Source: Mytilus trossulus (lineage: Eukaryota). Taken from it: a stretch of 64,000 nt of DNA. Positions 1-13,120 of the stretch are shown piece by piece. The translations under genes were made by a program, and so were the position numbers. Positions within the stretch are counted from its first letter, which is position 1, and every line of letters starts with the position of its first letter. The notes beneath the pieces were generated by a model, which searched no databases, was not told where the DNA came from, and saw only the letters and a list, made by a program, of their open reading frames with translations. The DNA lies in NCBI RefSeq assembly GCF_036588685.1, contig NC_086377.1:12896001-12960000 (forward strand). Reading direction: 5' to 3'.

Positions 1-711
1 GAGTATTTAGTAATCAGTCATTCCAAGTGATTCTAAATTAGATATTCATGATAACAGTTAAGTAGTGAGGGGATACATATTCTTAAACTATTTTCAGTAC
101 AAGAAAGTGAATATTTCTTTATCTGAAGTCAAAACACACACCGTCTTTGATTTTTGAAAAGTTTTGAATGTACAGATGGTTTGCTGTATGTACTGTATGC
201 TTAATTTAAGAGAAAACATACTCAACTTGTGTTAGCCTTGTATACACATATCAAAGTAATTTTCTCTTTACCAAAATTAAAGATTTTTTATTTGATAAAT
301 AGTTATTTTATGATATAATTCATATTGTGCTTGCATTTGTAAATGATAATATTTTATTCATTTTTTTTGCAAAGTGTCCTAGAATCCTAATATTTTTTGT
401 CCTCTAATATTTAGCAAATCTAGCAAATTTTAGCAATGGCAAAAACGCCCTTTGTAGCAGTTCAACAAGTTACCCGGTAGAAATTAAACCATCAGAAAGA
501 CCAATTCTTCTGAAAAGTTTGATCAGTCAAAGATTATCAGTGACAGTCTGATAGATTTGTGAGTTTGAAACAGATTTGATGGTTTGGTGACTGACTGATG
601 ACTGCTGACCTATCTGTAAAACATTAACGCATAAGGTTAAAGTACTGTAAGAAGATAACACGTGTACTTTTAAACACATAAGAACATATTAAACAATGTG
701 TCGAGAAAGTA

Positions 712-1014
712 AATATTTGTTGATATTAATCAGATAAGTTGGATAAGAAGTATCATTCTTATATTTGTAGATTTGGATTTATTTACCTATATTATATCTA
801 ACAAAGTAATACATCACATGACTTAGGTTGTCCCTTGGCACTTACATATGCCCTTTCATAAATATGTCAATAGTCAATACAAAACAGTAAAATATGTGTT
901 GATATTTATCAGATAAGTTGGATAAGGAGTATACTTTTTTATGTTTGTAGATTTGGATTGCTTTATCTATAGTATACTTCATATCTAAAAACAAAATCAT
1001 GTATCATATGACTC
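712..1014. repeat. Degenerate direct repeat, two copies of ~115-125 bp
   Basis: gttgatatt(a/t)atcagataagttggataag...tttgtagatttggatt...atgact at ~712-825 and ~891-1014. Confidence 0.8.
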
Positions 1015-1623
1015 TTAACATTTAAAAAGGACCTTAATAAATCTACAATCGATTTTTATCGTAGCTTTTGTTTACGACAAACTATCAATTGTTTGCAGTC
1101 TATTCATTTAATCGCATGTGATACGAGAAATGAAACATAGCAAACCTTATAAGAATGTATTACGAAATTATTCTGCCAACTCAATTTTTTTGATAATCAT
1201 TCAGGCAAAAAGTTATGTCCAGCATTGAAATATTATTTACGACATATCCGTCCCTCGGTAAATAAACAACCGTGTATACAATCATAAAAATAATTTAAAA
1301 AACCCAAATAACTATACATATTGACAGTTCAAGTTTTTTTAAATATTTCAATAAAACATTGTTTATAAAAAAAATATATAGTTAATTACCTTTTTTGTTT
1401 TGTTTTATTGGCCCTTCAAAATTGTAATATAAAGGGGATATAAGAAATATTTAAAAGTTAGAACCAATTGATCAATAACAAAAAAATTCAGCGAGAACGT
1501 TCTTAACTGTTGATGTGACCGATTAAGCTGTATTACATCAGCTAACGTTTGGTGAATTTACTGTCCTTGACACTTCTACTGGATAAGGTCATCGTTAATG
1601 TACATGCACATAAATATACTTAC

Positions 1624-1695
1624 AGGTTAACAAGCTGATTACAATCTTCAAATGTGTTCTCATTGATTTCAGAAATCTGATTACTGTTTAGGTCG
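1624..1695 (-). CDS. LRR-protein gene, duplicated 72-bp LRR exon (identical to 3314-3385)
   Basis: Identical exon and splice sites at offset 1690 inside the tandem duplication. Confidence 0.75.
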
Positions 1696-2271
1696 CTCAT
1701 ATGAAAAGAAAAATGTCCTTTATATTGCCGATAAATAACGAATTTCATTAAACATTAAAAAACAAAATCCTAAACCATGTTATACCACCTGATCAATTGA
1801 AAAGGCTAAAGGTTCTACAGGGTGTAATGTTTCGATGACTTTCCAAACCCTGTGATCACATGCAAGAACTCTTTTTCTTTGCGATTGTGTCTTGCTCCTA
1901 TTTTTATATTCATCATTTATGAAGTTGTCTATCGTTTATGATACCTTAATGCAACACTACCATATTGGTACGTTAATGGAATATAGTTTGAAGACAGATA
2001 CTTCTCTAATGCTACATAACAAAAAATCAAAGTATATAATTTAAAAGACTTGCTTAAATTAGAAATATAAGTATACCATTCCGGTATTCTATCGATAAAC
2101 CAGTCATATGTGCAGCTAGTCGTGATTATATTTATGAGAAGTAGGGCATCATACGATATGCTGCATTCATTATCCATGTTACGGCAGGCATTATGCGATA
2201 TACCGCAATTGCCACCTGAGCTTAACATTATAAACTGTGAGTATTTGTATTTACAGATTGTCAGATCATAT

Positions 2272-2542
2272 CAAGTCAGGAGCCTGTAATTCAGTGGTTG
2301 TCGTTTGTTAATGTGTTACATATTTGTTTTTGTTCATTTTGTTACCTAAATAAGGCCGTTGGTTTTCTCGTTTGAATTGTTTTACATGGTCTTATCGGGG
2401 CCTTTTATAGCTGACTATGCAGTATGGGCTTTGCTAATTGATGATGGCCGTACGGTTACCTATAGTTGTTAATGTTTGTGTAATTTTGGTCTTTTGTGGA
2501 TAGTTGTCTCATTGGAAATCATACCAAATTCTCTTTTTATAT
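2272..2542. mobile_element. Abundant short interspersed repeat (unclassified, family A: ...gttgtctcattggc(a)ctcataccacatctt)
   Basis: The same motif recurs at ~6935-7090, 10870-11000, 14460-14890, 15740-15860, 18560-18695, 28200-28610, 32360-32490, 49039-49243 and 50580-50625 in both orientations. This copy marks the right edge of the first duplication copy. Confidence 0.75.
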
Positions 2543-3313
2543 TTAAAGTAGTCTGCGTTTTATTTTGAAATATACGTGTTGTTTGTTTACTATCGTCGAA
2601 TCTTGTTTATTGACCTCAAGGTATGTTTACAATACAGTCGAACTATTGAAGCACGATCTTTTGCAGATACATTGCCATCCTTTTAATGCAAGTAAAATTA
2701 ATACAATGTATCCTTTCCATCAAACAAGAGTAAGTGAGTGACACCGAAATAGAGAATTCCGATCGCAATAATTTCGACTCATTTGTAATTTTGTCGAGAT
2801 CTTTATCTATAAGAGTGATCATACAGACAAACAAATAAGTCGTTGGGTTAAACATGCATGTGATATACAACAATATTTGTTGTTAAAATGTTTTAAATAA
2901 ATATGCATACATGATAAGGACGTTCGCTCCTATAATTTACATTAACAAGTTTTTTTTTAAAGTTTTGTTGTAAATTAAAAGTACAAAAATGACCTAATTT
3001 ATAAGCCAGCAGAATGGAAGGTCTGTGTCCGTTTTATGTAGATATAATTAATTGGAATGTGGTGGGAAGTGATTTATTTCTTGACGTTTCATATGTTAAA
3101 CCTTGTCACCTTTAATGTTACGTGTTGTGCTTTATCAGTTTGCTGTTTTAGCCCCTCAAATATGGGTTTATAACATTTTCGTTTAGAAGTGTTGGCCTTT
3201 AATATCACAAAAAGGGTCATTAACTATATAATGCATATTTGGTGAATTTACTGTCCTTGACACTTCTACTGGATAAGGTCATCGTTAATGTACATACACA
3301 TAAATATACTTAC

Positions 3314-3385
3314 AGGTTAACAAGCTGATTACAATCTTCAAATGTGTTCTCATTGATTTCAGAAATCTGATTACTGTTTAGGTCG
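3314..3385 (-). CDS. LRR-protein gene, 72-bp LRR exon
   Basis: 72 bp, phase 2-2, donor GTAAGT, acceptor ttttcatatgAG. Translates (L)DLNSNQISEINENTFEDCNQLVNL, a typical 24-aa LRR. Confidence 0.85.
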
Positions 3386-4174
3386 CTCATATGAAAAGAA
3401 AAATGTCCTTTATATTGCCGATAAATAACGAATTTCATTAAACATTAAAAAACAAAATCCTAAACCATGTTATACCACCTGATCAATTGAAAAGGCTAAA
3501 GGTTCTACAGGGTGTAATGTTTCGATGACTTTCCAAACCCTGTGATCACATGCAAGAACTCTTTTTCTTTGCGATTGTGTCTTGCTCCTATTTTTATATT
3601 CATCATTTATGAAGTTGTCTATCGTTTATGATACCTAAATGCAACACTACCATATTGGTACGTTAATGGAATATAGTTTGAAGACAGATACTTCTCTAAT
3701 GCTACATAACAAAAAATCAAAGTATATAATTTAAAAGACTTGCTTAAATTAGAAATATAAGTATACCATTCCGGTATTCTATCGATAAACCAGTCATATG
3801 TGCAGCTAGTCGGGATTATATTTATGAGAAGTAGGGCATCATACGATATGCTGCATTCATTATCCATGTTACGGCAGGCATTATGCGATATACCGCAATT
3901 GCCACCTGAGTTTAACATTATAAACTGTGAGTATTTGTATTTACAGATTGTCAGATCATATAAGACGCACACTAATGAAAATGGGTATTCGTTGAGGAAT
4001 AATAAACGGATATTTGTTATCATAAAGACAAAATAAAGTAAGTTGTACACAGTTGGTTGTTCTGGAGTCGCATATGTGGCAATATTTAAACATGTTTAAC
4101 GCTGATCAACGTGTGAACATACTAATGGTAACAAACTTATGATTTTTTTCGAAATGTATTTATGTATAATAAAC

Positions 4175-4295
4175 AAACTCATCATAGATACCAGGATTAC
4201 ATTTTGTATTTACGCCAAACGCGCGTTGAGTATACACAATATAGATCAGTGATGCTCGATTTCAAAAAAGTCAAAAAGGCCAAATGACAAAGTTG
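4175..4295 (-). mobile_element. Degenerate retrozyme fragment (decayed hammerhead)
   Basis: tacgccaaacgcgcgttgag...gatcagtgatgctc resembles the reverse complement of the hammerhead at 40655-40697. A related fragment lies at ~8953-9080. Confidence 0.55.
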
Positions 4296-4451
4296 AATCT
4301 CATCCCTACTATAAACTCAAATTATTATACGGAGTGTCACTAAACGAGTGACCTAAGGTAAAGGAACATTTGCTATTTACATATGTAGAATTAGTGTACC
4401 ATAATGTTTACTATTATACTAGGTTTGAAACAAAATTCTAAATTGACTTAC

Positions 4452-4523
4452 AGATGCTGCAACATTGGCAATGCTTTACAAAACTGAACAGCAATGTCTT
4501 TTATCTGGTTGCTATTTAGATTT
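4452..4523 (-). CDS. LRR-protein gene, 72-bp LRR exon
   Basis: Exactly 72 bp between acceptor ttttgtaaaAG and donor GTAAGT, phase 2-2. Translates (I)NLNSNQIKDIAVQFCKALPMLQHL, matching LxLxxNxI. Confidence 0.85.
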
Positions 4524-5179
4524 CTTTTACAAAATAAATAAACAAGTTCAGTAAAACAATTTAACTCGTCGACAAATCTGTACTTTTCGTGTTTCGTACA
4601 ACCAATCAAACTCAATATATATGTTAATTTTACTTCTGCTTGTATTCTAAAATATTGCAGAAAATCATTATAAAGTGTTCATGTTGTTGTTGATAATTTA
4701 ACAAAATGTATATTCGTACCATATTTCGTATAAAAATCTGTTTTACAGTTTGTGTTTGACATAAATGAGTTACATTTATAAGACAATATACAATTAAATA
4801 GGGATGACTAGATTTTTATTATAACTGTATCGATAAAAACACTTATCAACGACCTTTTATTGTAGATCTTATGTGTTCGCTGATTCGGCTAGATCAATGT
4901 ATTGTTTAGATTTGTCAATTTGTAAAGCCAATGACATTTGTGTTTACAATCTTAAACCTGCTTTCATTGATGAGCATTGTTAGTTTTTTTAATGTATGTG
5001 CCTACTTCCGATTCCATTGATAAATATATAAGAATGTTAACGAACAAAATTCAATATTTTCTATCTTTTCAATCCAAGTCGGCATTGGTTATGGTAGTGC
5101 TTGTATAAATAAGGGACCAAACAGACAGGGATTTGTAAATATGTTAAATTATACAAACATAATCAAATTGTATACCTAC

Positions 5180-5367
5180 ATGTAATACGTATCGTTAGAA
5201 AGCTCTGGTATCATCCCCAAAGATCTGGAACCGCAGTCAACTTCATTGCCAGATGAATGGATAGAACAGGAACACATCGACGGGCATGATGCATTTCCTA
5301 ATCCAGTACTTATTACAACAAGTAAGACGAAAAGTTGACTGTCAATTGTCATTCTATAATGAAACAT
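5180..5367 (-). CDS. LRR-protein gene, exon 1: signal peptide + LRR N-terminal cap (LRRNT)
   Basis: Hydrophobic leader LFVLLVVISTGLGNA followed by CPSMCSC...VDCGSRSLGMIPELSNDTYY (LRRNT pattern CPxxCxC...VxC.....L..IP). Phase-2 donor AT|GTAGGT at 5180/5179. Confidence 0.85.
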
Positions 5368-6619
5368 CGTTGAAAATACATAATTTCATTAATGAACATT
5401 CGTTAACAAAATATGTAATAAAGCTAGATTTACACGACCGCAAATTAAGATGATTTTCCTTTCCCTTAAAAAAAGGTTTAGATTATTAATATATAATTCG
5501 AACATATTTCAATTGGCATACGCTACTGGTTTGACTCGATGTATGCAACTGTTTATGTTATCACATCATCAGAAAAACATAAAGGAGAAGCAGATCATAC
5601 ACATTTTCGAACGATTTTGATTATCATAGCTAGTTCAAATGTTAGACACACATACAAAGACAACTATAACTAAGCCCCAATGACTTTCAAATAGATGATT
5701 CAAATAAAAGCACTTGTAGTATATGGCTTTCCAAATGTCAAAAATCAATTAAGGGAGAACAAATCCAGATTACAAACATGTATATTTAATACGTAAATCT
5801 ACATCAATTAATTGGTATAACAACTTCAAAACTCTGATGGATTAAGTCTAGCTATATGATGCAAGGTAATAGGTTAAATGTGTGAGAGAATGCGTATCTA
5901 CCCTAACCGAATTAATTTAGGCTTTGCTGTCTTATGTCCATGTAAATATGTGAATGTGCCCCAGCTAAAGTTCCAAACAACATCGTTCTTGTGTGTTATT
6001 CACATTAAATAAAATGCTTGATCAATAAATGAGATATGGACAATTCACTTTTAAACTCAATATATACCCCAACAACACTTAATAAAGAGGATATCTTGGA
6101 CACTCGTAGTTCTGTTCTATGATTCTTTGGAATACCAACCAAAGATGTAGGACTTGATCTCCAGTCACTATGATAAAAGTACCAAACTGAGGAATATCGC
6201 ATGTGTTATTCATTCGCTTGATTATGTCTGAAGTTTGATTTTGTCATTTAATTAGGGAAATCTCGTATTTAATTTTCCCAGGACTTCAATACTTTTTTTG
6301 TGATTTTATTATTTTATTCCTTTCCTACATACATGTACGTGTCCTTTCAATCATCCAAGAAACCTCTTTCTAAATTAATAACATACTTTTATCAGCAATC
6401 AAAACAAGGCTTTAAAGTTAATGTGAAAATATCTTTTCTAAATTGGCGTGAAGTAGATGTGGATACCTAAAAAAATCCAGAGTACATAACATTTGAGTAT
6501 GTTTCAGCTTGCAAAATAGTATGACAACATTTGATGTTTCTTCACTTTACACACTACTTCCTCATTCCAAACTAATAGAGTAATTGCACTCTGAATCAAA
6601 CCGAACTTCTCATAAAATG

Positions 6620-6930
6620 ACATTCTAAAAAACTGTTTGCTACGTTGCATGACCGTTGTTTTCAACAAACGATCGACATTCCCATTGGAACCAACTGTGT
6701 TTCTCTTTTTGTGGACTTGTACCTTCCTTAATTATGAGTAATATAAGAACTTTGTAAAAAAAAATTTAACAGTATCCCCACTTAATTTAAATGTTGTTAC
6801 TTCGTCGAATGAATCTCTCCTATTACACTAAAAATAAAGCATATAAAATATACAGTTTAGTTTGCCTCATATCTTGATTTACATCTATACATTGACATTA
6901 ACGGTTGGTTGAAAACAAAAAGTTACGACA
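6620..6930 (+). pseudogene. Penelope-like element reverse-transcriptase remnant
   Basis: Degenerate FQQTIDIPIGTNCVSLFVDLYL (cf. QQxxGIPMGTNCAPLxADLFL) and ASYLDLHLYIDINGWLKTKSYD (cf. SYLDLxLExDxxGxLxTKLYDKR). Broken by stops and frameshifts. Confidence 0.75.
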
Positions 6931-9900
6931 TAATTAACAATGAGCAAAGCCAATACCGCATAGTCAGCTATTAAAGGATCGACTTGTAAATGTAAATCAA
7001 TTCAAACGAGAAAAGTAAAGACCTAACTTAAGTTCAAAATGATGAACGCTAACAAATATTGGAACATAAACATGCCATCCAATGAATTACTCACATTTTC
7101 AAACTGTATCGCAATGTTGAATTGACGGATTTTATATAATTATTTGAAACATGCAGTGTAATAACTAAAGAAATATTGCGTTGCGTTATTAAATTCAGCT
7201 AGTACATTAAAAAAAAGGTGGTTAACATCTCCAGAACAGACATGCATGTTGTTTAGAACCTATGTATTTGACGTGGTTCGGTAGATGTACATCCCGTAAT
7301 TTTGTGCTTGTGCTATGGTAATCAACATGGTCCTGTCTTTGGTTTTTCGTGTATGCTTCTTTTGTTTTCTTTGGTGACCTATCTTTTTTTTAAAGGGGTT
7401 CATGAAATTTTAACACATGATTGACTGCTATTCCCCTAAATTAGACATATTTACCTATTTGTCTGTTTGTTTCGTTCAGACATTGTTGTCAATATGATGG
7501 AAATGCATGCGACTATCATAGAAACTAGCTACATTTTTTGTATCAAACCAGTTTGAATTTACAGTTTTCCATTATCCTTGAATGTTGTTATTTATTATTT
7601 ACTTTTTGATGTTGTGTTACTTTTTTCCAATTGCTTTGTGTGCTGGTTGTCAGTGAACATATCATAGCTTTATCTTCTTCTAAAAAATAGGTTTGAAACT
7701 GTCCCTCTTTTCCACAGATATTGCACCATAATTGCATCGGTCTCTAAAAGATCCAAACTTGGGGCATGTTTTACAAAAGGTTTTTGACAGGTAACCTTTA
7801 GTTGAATTTGTTTATATGATTGTGATATTATAACTTGTATTTAAATTTCCGTAATTGATAAAGAACAACACTTTAAAATTAAGGATCAGTATTTCCATTC
7901 CAAAAAAAAAAATTAACAAAACTTTTAAAACCAAATAATTATATCTATTGAGAAAAAAGGGGAAATGTTTTAAGTAATGCATGGTTAATACATTTTTGTA
8001 TATTTGATTTACCAGTAAAACATTGACAACGGTGGTTTAAAATCCAAAACGTAATTTAAAGCACAAATTTATATTTTCATCTACATCATCGTACATTAAA
8101 CCGTCCCAAATAAACGCAATAACAAATTATAAATCAGATAAAATGTTCTGAACTTCAATTTAGCACTGGCATTAGCGGTGGCGGAATTATACAGTTTAAT
8201 AACAAATAAGTCAATGCGGTTTAATATTACTGAAGTAGACTTTAAACACAAATTACCTTGCACGTATGATTTGTATACAATATATAAAGTGTATCTTTAC
8301 AAATTATCTTAGATTACTACGTAAATGCACTGTGTACACTCAATGTTATCTCTTAAGCTTAATCACAACGTATATAATAGTTCGACACAGATCGATCATG
8401 TGGTGAAGAAAAGAATTAAATGTCCACAATCAAATGTTTCATCCTGAATAAATGAATTTGTCAATCACATATCCATACCCATTCAAAATTCAAATTAAAA
8501 TGTATATATTCGATTGTGTGCATTCTAAATGTTTGATTATAAACATTAACAATTCAATTATTTACACTGATTATTATATGTTTTTGTATGTAATAGTACA
8601 CTATCAGTGTTTTGCATATTGTTCCATTTTTCCTTTTAAGCATATTTCACTAATCACTGTTTTTCATTTATCACCGCATGTCAATGATAAGTAGATAACA
8701 GTGTATGTAACTGTAAAACGTGTATTGAACATAACTGATCTCATGTTACTGCAGCATATGCTCATTTGGAAAGCATATATCGTTTTAATGTCAAGTATTC
8801 TGTATTGCTTTTTTCGTTTTAGACTTTTCAAGTAGCATTAGGAACATCAAATCCTGTGAACAGTGAGTTTTATGTATTTGTGACAGACGGTTTTATTCAC
8901 ACACATGTTGCAAAGTTAACGAAACGTTGATTTCTTCCGAACTGTATATAAATAAACTCATCATAGATAGCAGGACTAAATTTATTATATACGCCAGCCG
9001 CGCGTTCCGTCTACAAAAGACGAGTATTGAGGTCCACAAATTTCTAAAAGTTTTGCCAAATACAGCTAAGGTAATCTCTGCTATATTACTCAGCTTATTT
9101 TGATTATAAAATGTGGATCTCTTACGTTCAAGTCTCTTTATCTTTATATTATTTTGTTGAATACAGAATATATTTTCTGTATGTATTTTCGTTGGATTAT
9201 ATTTATTTGGCAATAACCGAAATAAATAGTGTGTGTAAATATAATTTCTCTTTTGTTTGCATTGTTTCGAGTATCAAACTTGCAAGTTACGTTATCTTAT
9301 TAAAATATGTAACTGAATTTGCAATAAATTATCATTTCTTTTCATTTACAGAATATTCTCGAATATTTCACAGTCGTGATAAACACCGTTATATCAGGAA
9401 CATAAACGATACTCATATCTGTCATAATATGTATATTTAATTCCATACATATTTATCAATTTATTTTCATGAAAAAAAATCTGAATGATTAATATCAAAA
9501 TGTCGAGCATCTGCACTTGAACAATTCGTATTTTTCCGCGGTGCCATTTAAATCATAAGAAACGAAATTAACATTCTGTAATGTGTATGTGTTCAATATG
9601 TGGCGTAGTAAAGTTCCATTCGATTGAAACGGAAATCCACCCAATCTATCCGATCCGTTTCCTTTCTTCAAATAATGTTATTATTAGTCTGACAGATTGG
9701 TGACGTTACGACGAGGACTGGACTGATCGATGATCGCTGTTTGATCGCTAAAATAGTACGCTTAAGGTTGCGAATACTGTTATACTGGTACGACATAAAT
9801 GCTTTAAACTGCACATCCAATGTCTGTAGTGTAGATTTGTCTGCCTTTATACTTGTCCATGTTGTAGAAAGTGTAACTGTGGTTCTTTGTACTCTCTACG

Positions 9901-9949
9901 ACAAAACTATGATATCTAATTCACACAATCAAAATTGCCAATAATACGT

Positions 9950-12900
9950 GTTTGCCTTTTTTTTTTAGCACAGGCACCAACTAACCATAAACAAAAAGGA
10001 AAACTTGGTTTTCTTATTTGATTAAGGTTTTTCTAAGCATCAACAACTTCTGGTCAAAATTTATTTGATGACCCTTTAATAGGCCCAATATAACTAATTT
10101 CAATAACATTTATTTTCTCCACAATAGAGACTAATCTCACCCACTTTGAATCCGAATCATACAGATGTCTTACCCATGTAAGTTTTAAATTTAGCATTTT
10201 TAAACTACCCTTAAAATAATCTTGACATTAAAGATCTCGCTTGACCTTATCTGATTTATTATCCCAGATAAAAGCATACATTTTATTTGTTAAATTACGT
10301 AACATATTCTCATCTGGACTAGGGATAGATAGAAACAGATGATTTAATTTAGCTATGAACAAAGTTTTTTAAAATGGTAATATTTCCAAAGGGGGTGAGA
10401 TACTGTTTTGACCATTTCTTCAAAGTGTTGTATATATGTAGGATCTAAATCTATGGCGGGTTCCAAATCTATGGCAGATTCCTAATCTATGGCAATTGTG
10501 ACGTTACAAACGCCAAACAACTCAAATCTATGGCAGATTCCTAATCTATGGCAATTGTGACGTTACAAACGCCAAACAACTCAAATCTATGGCAGATTTT
10601 TGTTACTCCAAATCTATGGCAGATCTTGGGGAGAGGGTACCGTATAACGTCACAATTGAAAATAACGCCATATTACATCTTCGCCGCCGCTAACGATGGC
10701 GGGACCCATAGATTTGAACACCATTCAAGATGAAGATATTTCTATAAAAAAAAAATGTGCAGGTGGTTAAAAGGAAGATGTGAATTATTATCCCGAAGAT
10801 GGACCAAATGTGCTGTACTGTATTATGGAGCCGCTATTTTCAGTACCACATATTTCATAATTTTAGGATTTTTTGGGGTCTTTTTAGCTTGCTGTAATCC
10901 AAGGCTCCGTGTTGCAGGCCGTACCTTAACCTATACTGGTTTACATTTATAAATTGTATGGTGAGTTCTCTCATTGGCACTCATACCACATCTTCCTATG
11001 CCTAATAAGCAGTAGTTTACTGTCTTCGGCTGTCAAAGTAACTTAGTTTATAATGTGATATATAAAATTACCGGATACAAAGATTTGAATCGTCATCAAA
11101 CAAAAAAGATGTATTAACGATATCGCTCAAAATAAATATTATTTGAAAATTAAAACAGTTCATTTTCATTTGTTTGTTAGAGGTCTTATTAGTTGGTTTA
11201 ATGAATTGGTTAAACAGGTACCATGCACACTGACAAATCGTTATTTTTCACAGAACACATCATTTAATCCTGAAGTATGTATTAAGGCAAATGAATTTAT
11301 CATTTATGATTTTTTGTTGTTGACCATTATGGAATGTTTACTTCACAAATGTTTATAGACATGCATCCCGTTGTCGTATTTTCCCCTTGCTTAAGACAAG
11401 TCATTGTTCTAAAATGTACTGCATTGTTTTCCATTTGCACAAAACTTGCCATAGATTTGGAAACAAAATAAATCCGCCAAGGATTTTGAATAACATAAAT
11501 CCGTCATAGATTAGGAAATTACAAAACTTGCCATAGATTTGGGATGACATGACGTCACATTTACCACAGATTAGGAATCTGCCATAGATTTGGCACCCAC
11601 CATGGATTTGAGTCCTACATATATTTTCTTAAACTGACCTATAGTTTAAGTTAATCATTCTATCTAGGTCGACTGAAAACGTAATTCCAAGCAGCTTAAA
11701 TCTACTGGAGCCTCATTTCAACCCCCACTTTACACAAACTTATCCTGGCTATGTTTTTTGCTACCTATCCAAATAACACTTGGTTTTTTTCTATTTTAAT
11801 CTTAAGTCCCGAGATTTTAGAGAACACGAAGAGATGCATCGAGTGATTCTGGCGAGCCATCTAATATCAATGATGTATCATCTGCATATTGAGAAAGTAC
11901 AAATTATGTATCATCTATAGTAAAACCCTTTATCTCCTTACTTTTTCTTACCAGAATGCCTAATATTTCTACACATAGCAAGAAAATATTAGGGGATAAA
12001 GGATCTCCCTGTCTACAGCCTCTCTGTCTAGTGAAAAAGTCTGACAGACAACCAGGATATAATGGATTCACCAAAATTAAAATATCTTAATGTATCATAA
12101 ATAAATGACCAAGATATGGAATCGAATGCCTTCTCAAAATCAACCAGCAAGAGAATTCCTGGAATATTATTGTCTTTAGTAAAATGTAGAATATCATATA
12201 TTAATCGACAATTTTCGCCTATATATCTACCTGGAACAAAACCAGTTTGATCCGAACTAATAAATTTTATTCTCTCTGCTATACAGCTTGATGCCAATTT
12301 ATATTTAGAATTAAGTAGAGTAATAGGTCTCCAATTTTTAAGAAATTGTTTTGGTTTACAATCTTTTTGGACACATGTAATCACTCCCTGCCTCTGGTTG
12401 ACAGACATTTGGCCCTTCCCATATCCAAAATTTATAGACCTAAGGACAAATTTACCAATATCAATCAAAAGAAAAATTGAAAAATTCTGCAGTGTAAGCA
12501 ACAGATCCTGGACTCTTGTTATTTTTCATCCTCTTTAATGTTGCAGTTAATTCAGAAAATATAATATTTCCCTCCAATAACTGCTTTTCATCCTCGCTAA
12601 GCTTCGGTATCTCGTCATAACAATAGTCCCGTGTTAAATCAACCTTTTTCAAACAATCTTGTTTTCTATAAAGTTTTTCATAAAACACCCTTGTCTGATT
12701 TAATATTTCTTTTTGTTCTTCCACTATAACACCATTTTCTAAAGTAAGTTTTTGAATAGGGTTATTAATATAATATCTAAGTCTCTAGATTAAAAAAACT
12801 TGGTAGGGTTTTCTCCTTCTTTAATCCACTGACTTCTTGACCTAACATATTGTCCCTGAACCTTCTTTTGTCTATACATTTCAAGTTTTGCTTTTTTTCT

Positions 12901-13120
12901 GATCCATCTCTTCCAGATTTTCTACTGTTAGAGCATGTTCTTCTAATTGTTTTAATTTTGAAATAATCTCATTTTCTATTTTTATACCCGCCTTTTTTTA
13001 TAAGAGGCATATGCAATTGTTTTATCGCGTATTTCTGTGAGTAGAGTTTCGAAAAATAACTGGTCGTCAACAGTAAATTCAATTTCAGAGTTGTCAATAT
13101 TTTGTAAATTTTAATATTGT
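9950..13120 (-). mobile_element. Decayed Tx1/L1-clade LINE ORF2 (RT) fragment, interrupted by a TIR element
   Basis: Motifs DQLFFETLLTEIR, MKNNKSPG..YTAEF, KNWRPITLLN, DQTGF, DFEKAFDS, RGCRQGDPLSP and SQYADD spread across frameshifts. Confidence 0.9.
10437..11619. mobile_element. Non-autonomous TIR DNA transposon, TGT...ACA ends, TATA TSD
   Basis: Imperfect TIRs tgtaggatctaaatctatggcgggttccaaatctatggcagattcctaatct; subterminal aaatctatggc repeats. Empty site ttgTATATAttttc in copy B (~26231-26244). Confidence 0.92.

Larger units (their letters stand above)
1548..3961. repeat. Direct duplication of ~724 bp (1548-2271 and 3238-3961)
   Basis: Near-identical sequence starting tttggtgaatttactgtcc and ending tcagatcatat. 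I see about four substitutions. Confidence 0.95.

Noticed and set aside
474-614. Exon-like segment on the minus strand (ttttacAG ... GTAAC)
   Set aside because: Stops occur in all three frames. It could be a terminal or non-coding exon, but this is unsupported.
3468-3539. Possible extra LRR exon (…HPVEPLAFS…) on the minus strand
   Set aside because: Lacks LxLxxN, has no donor at 72 bp and runs into a stop. At best a decayed exon.
1929-4050. ORFs 1929-2228, 3619-4050 and 3800-4036
   Set aside because: No recognisable domain. They lie in LRR-gene introns and recur only because of the duplication.
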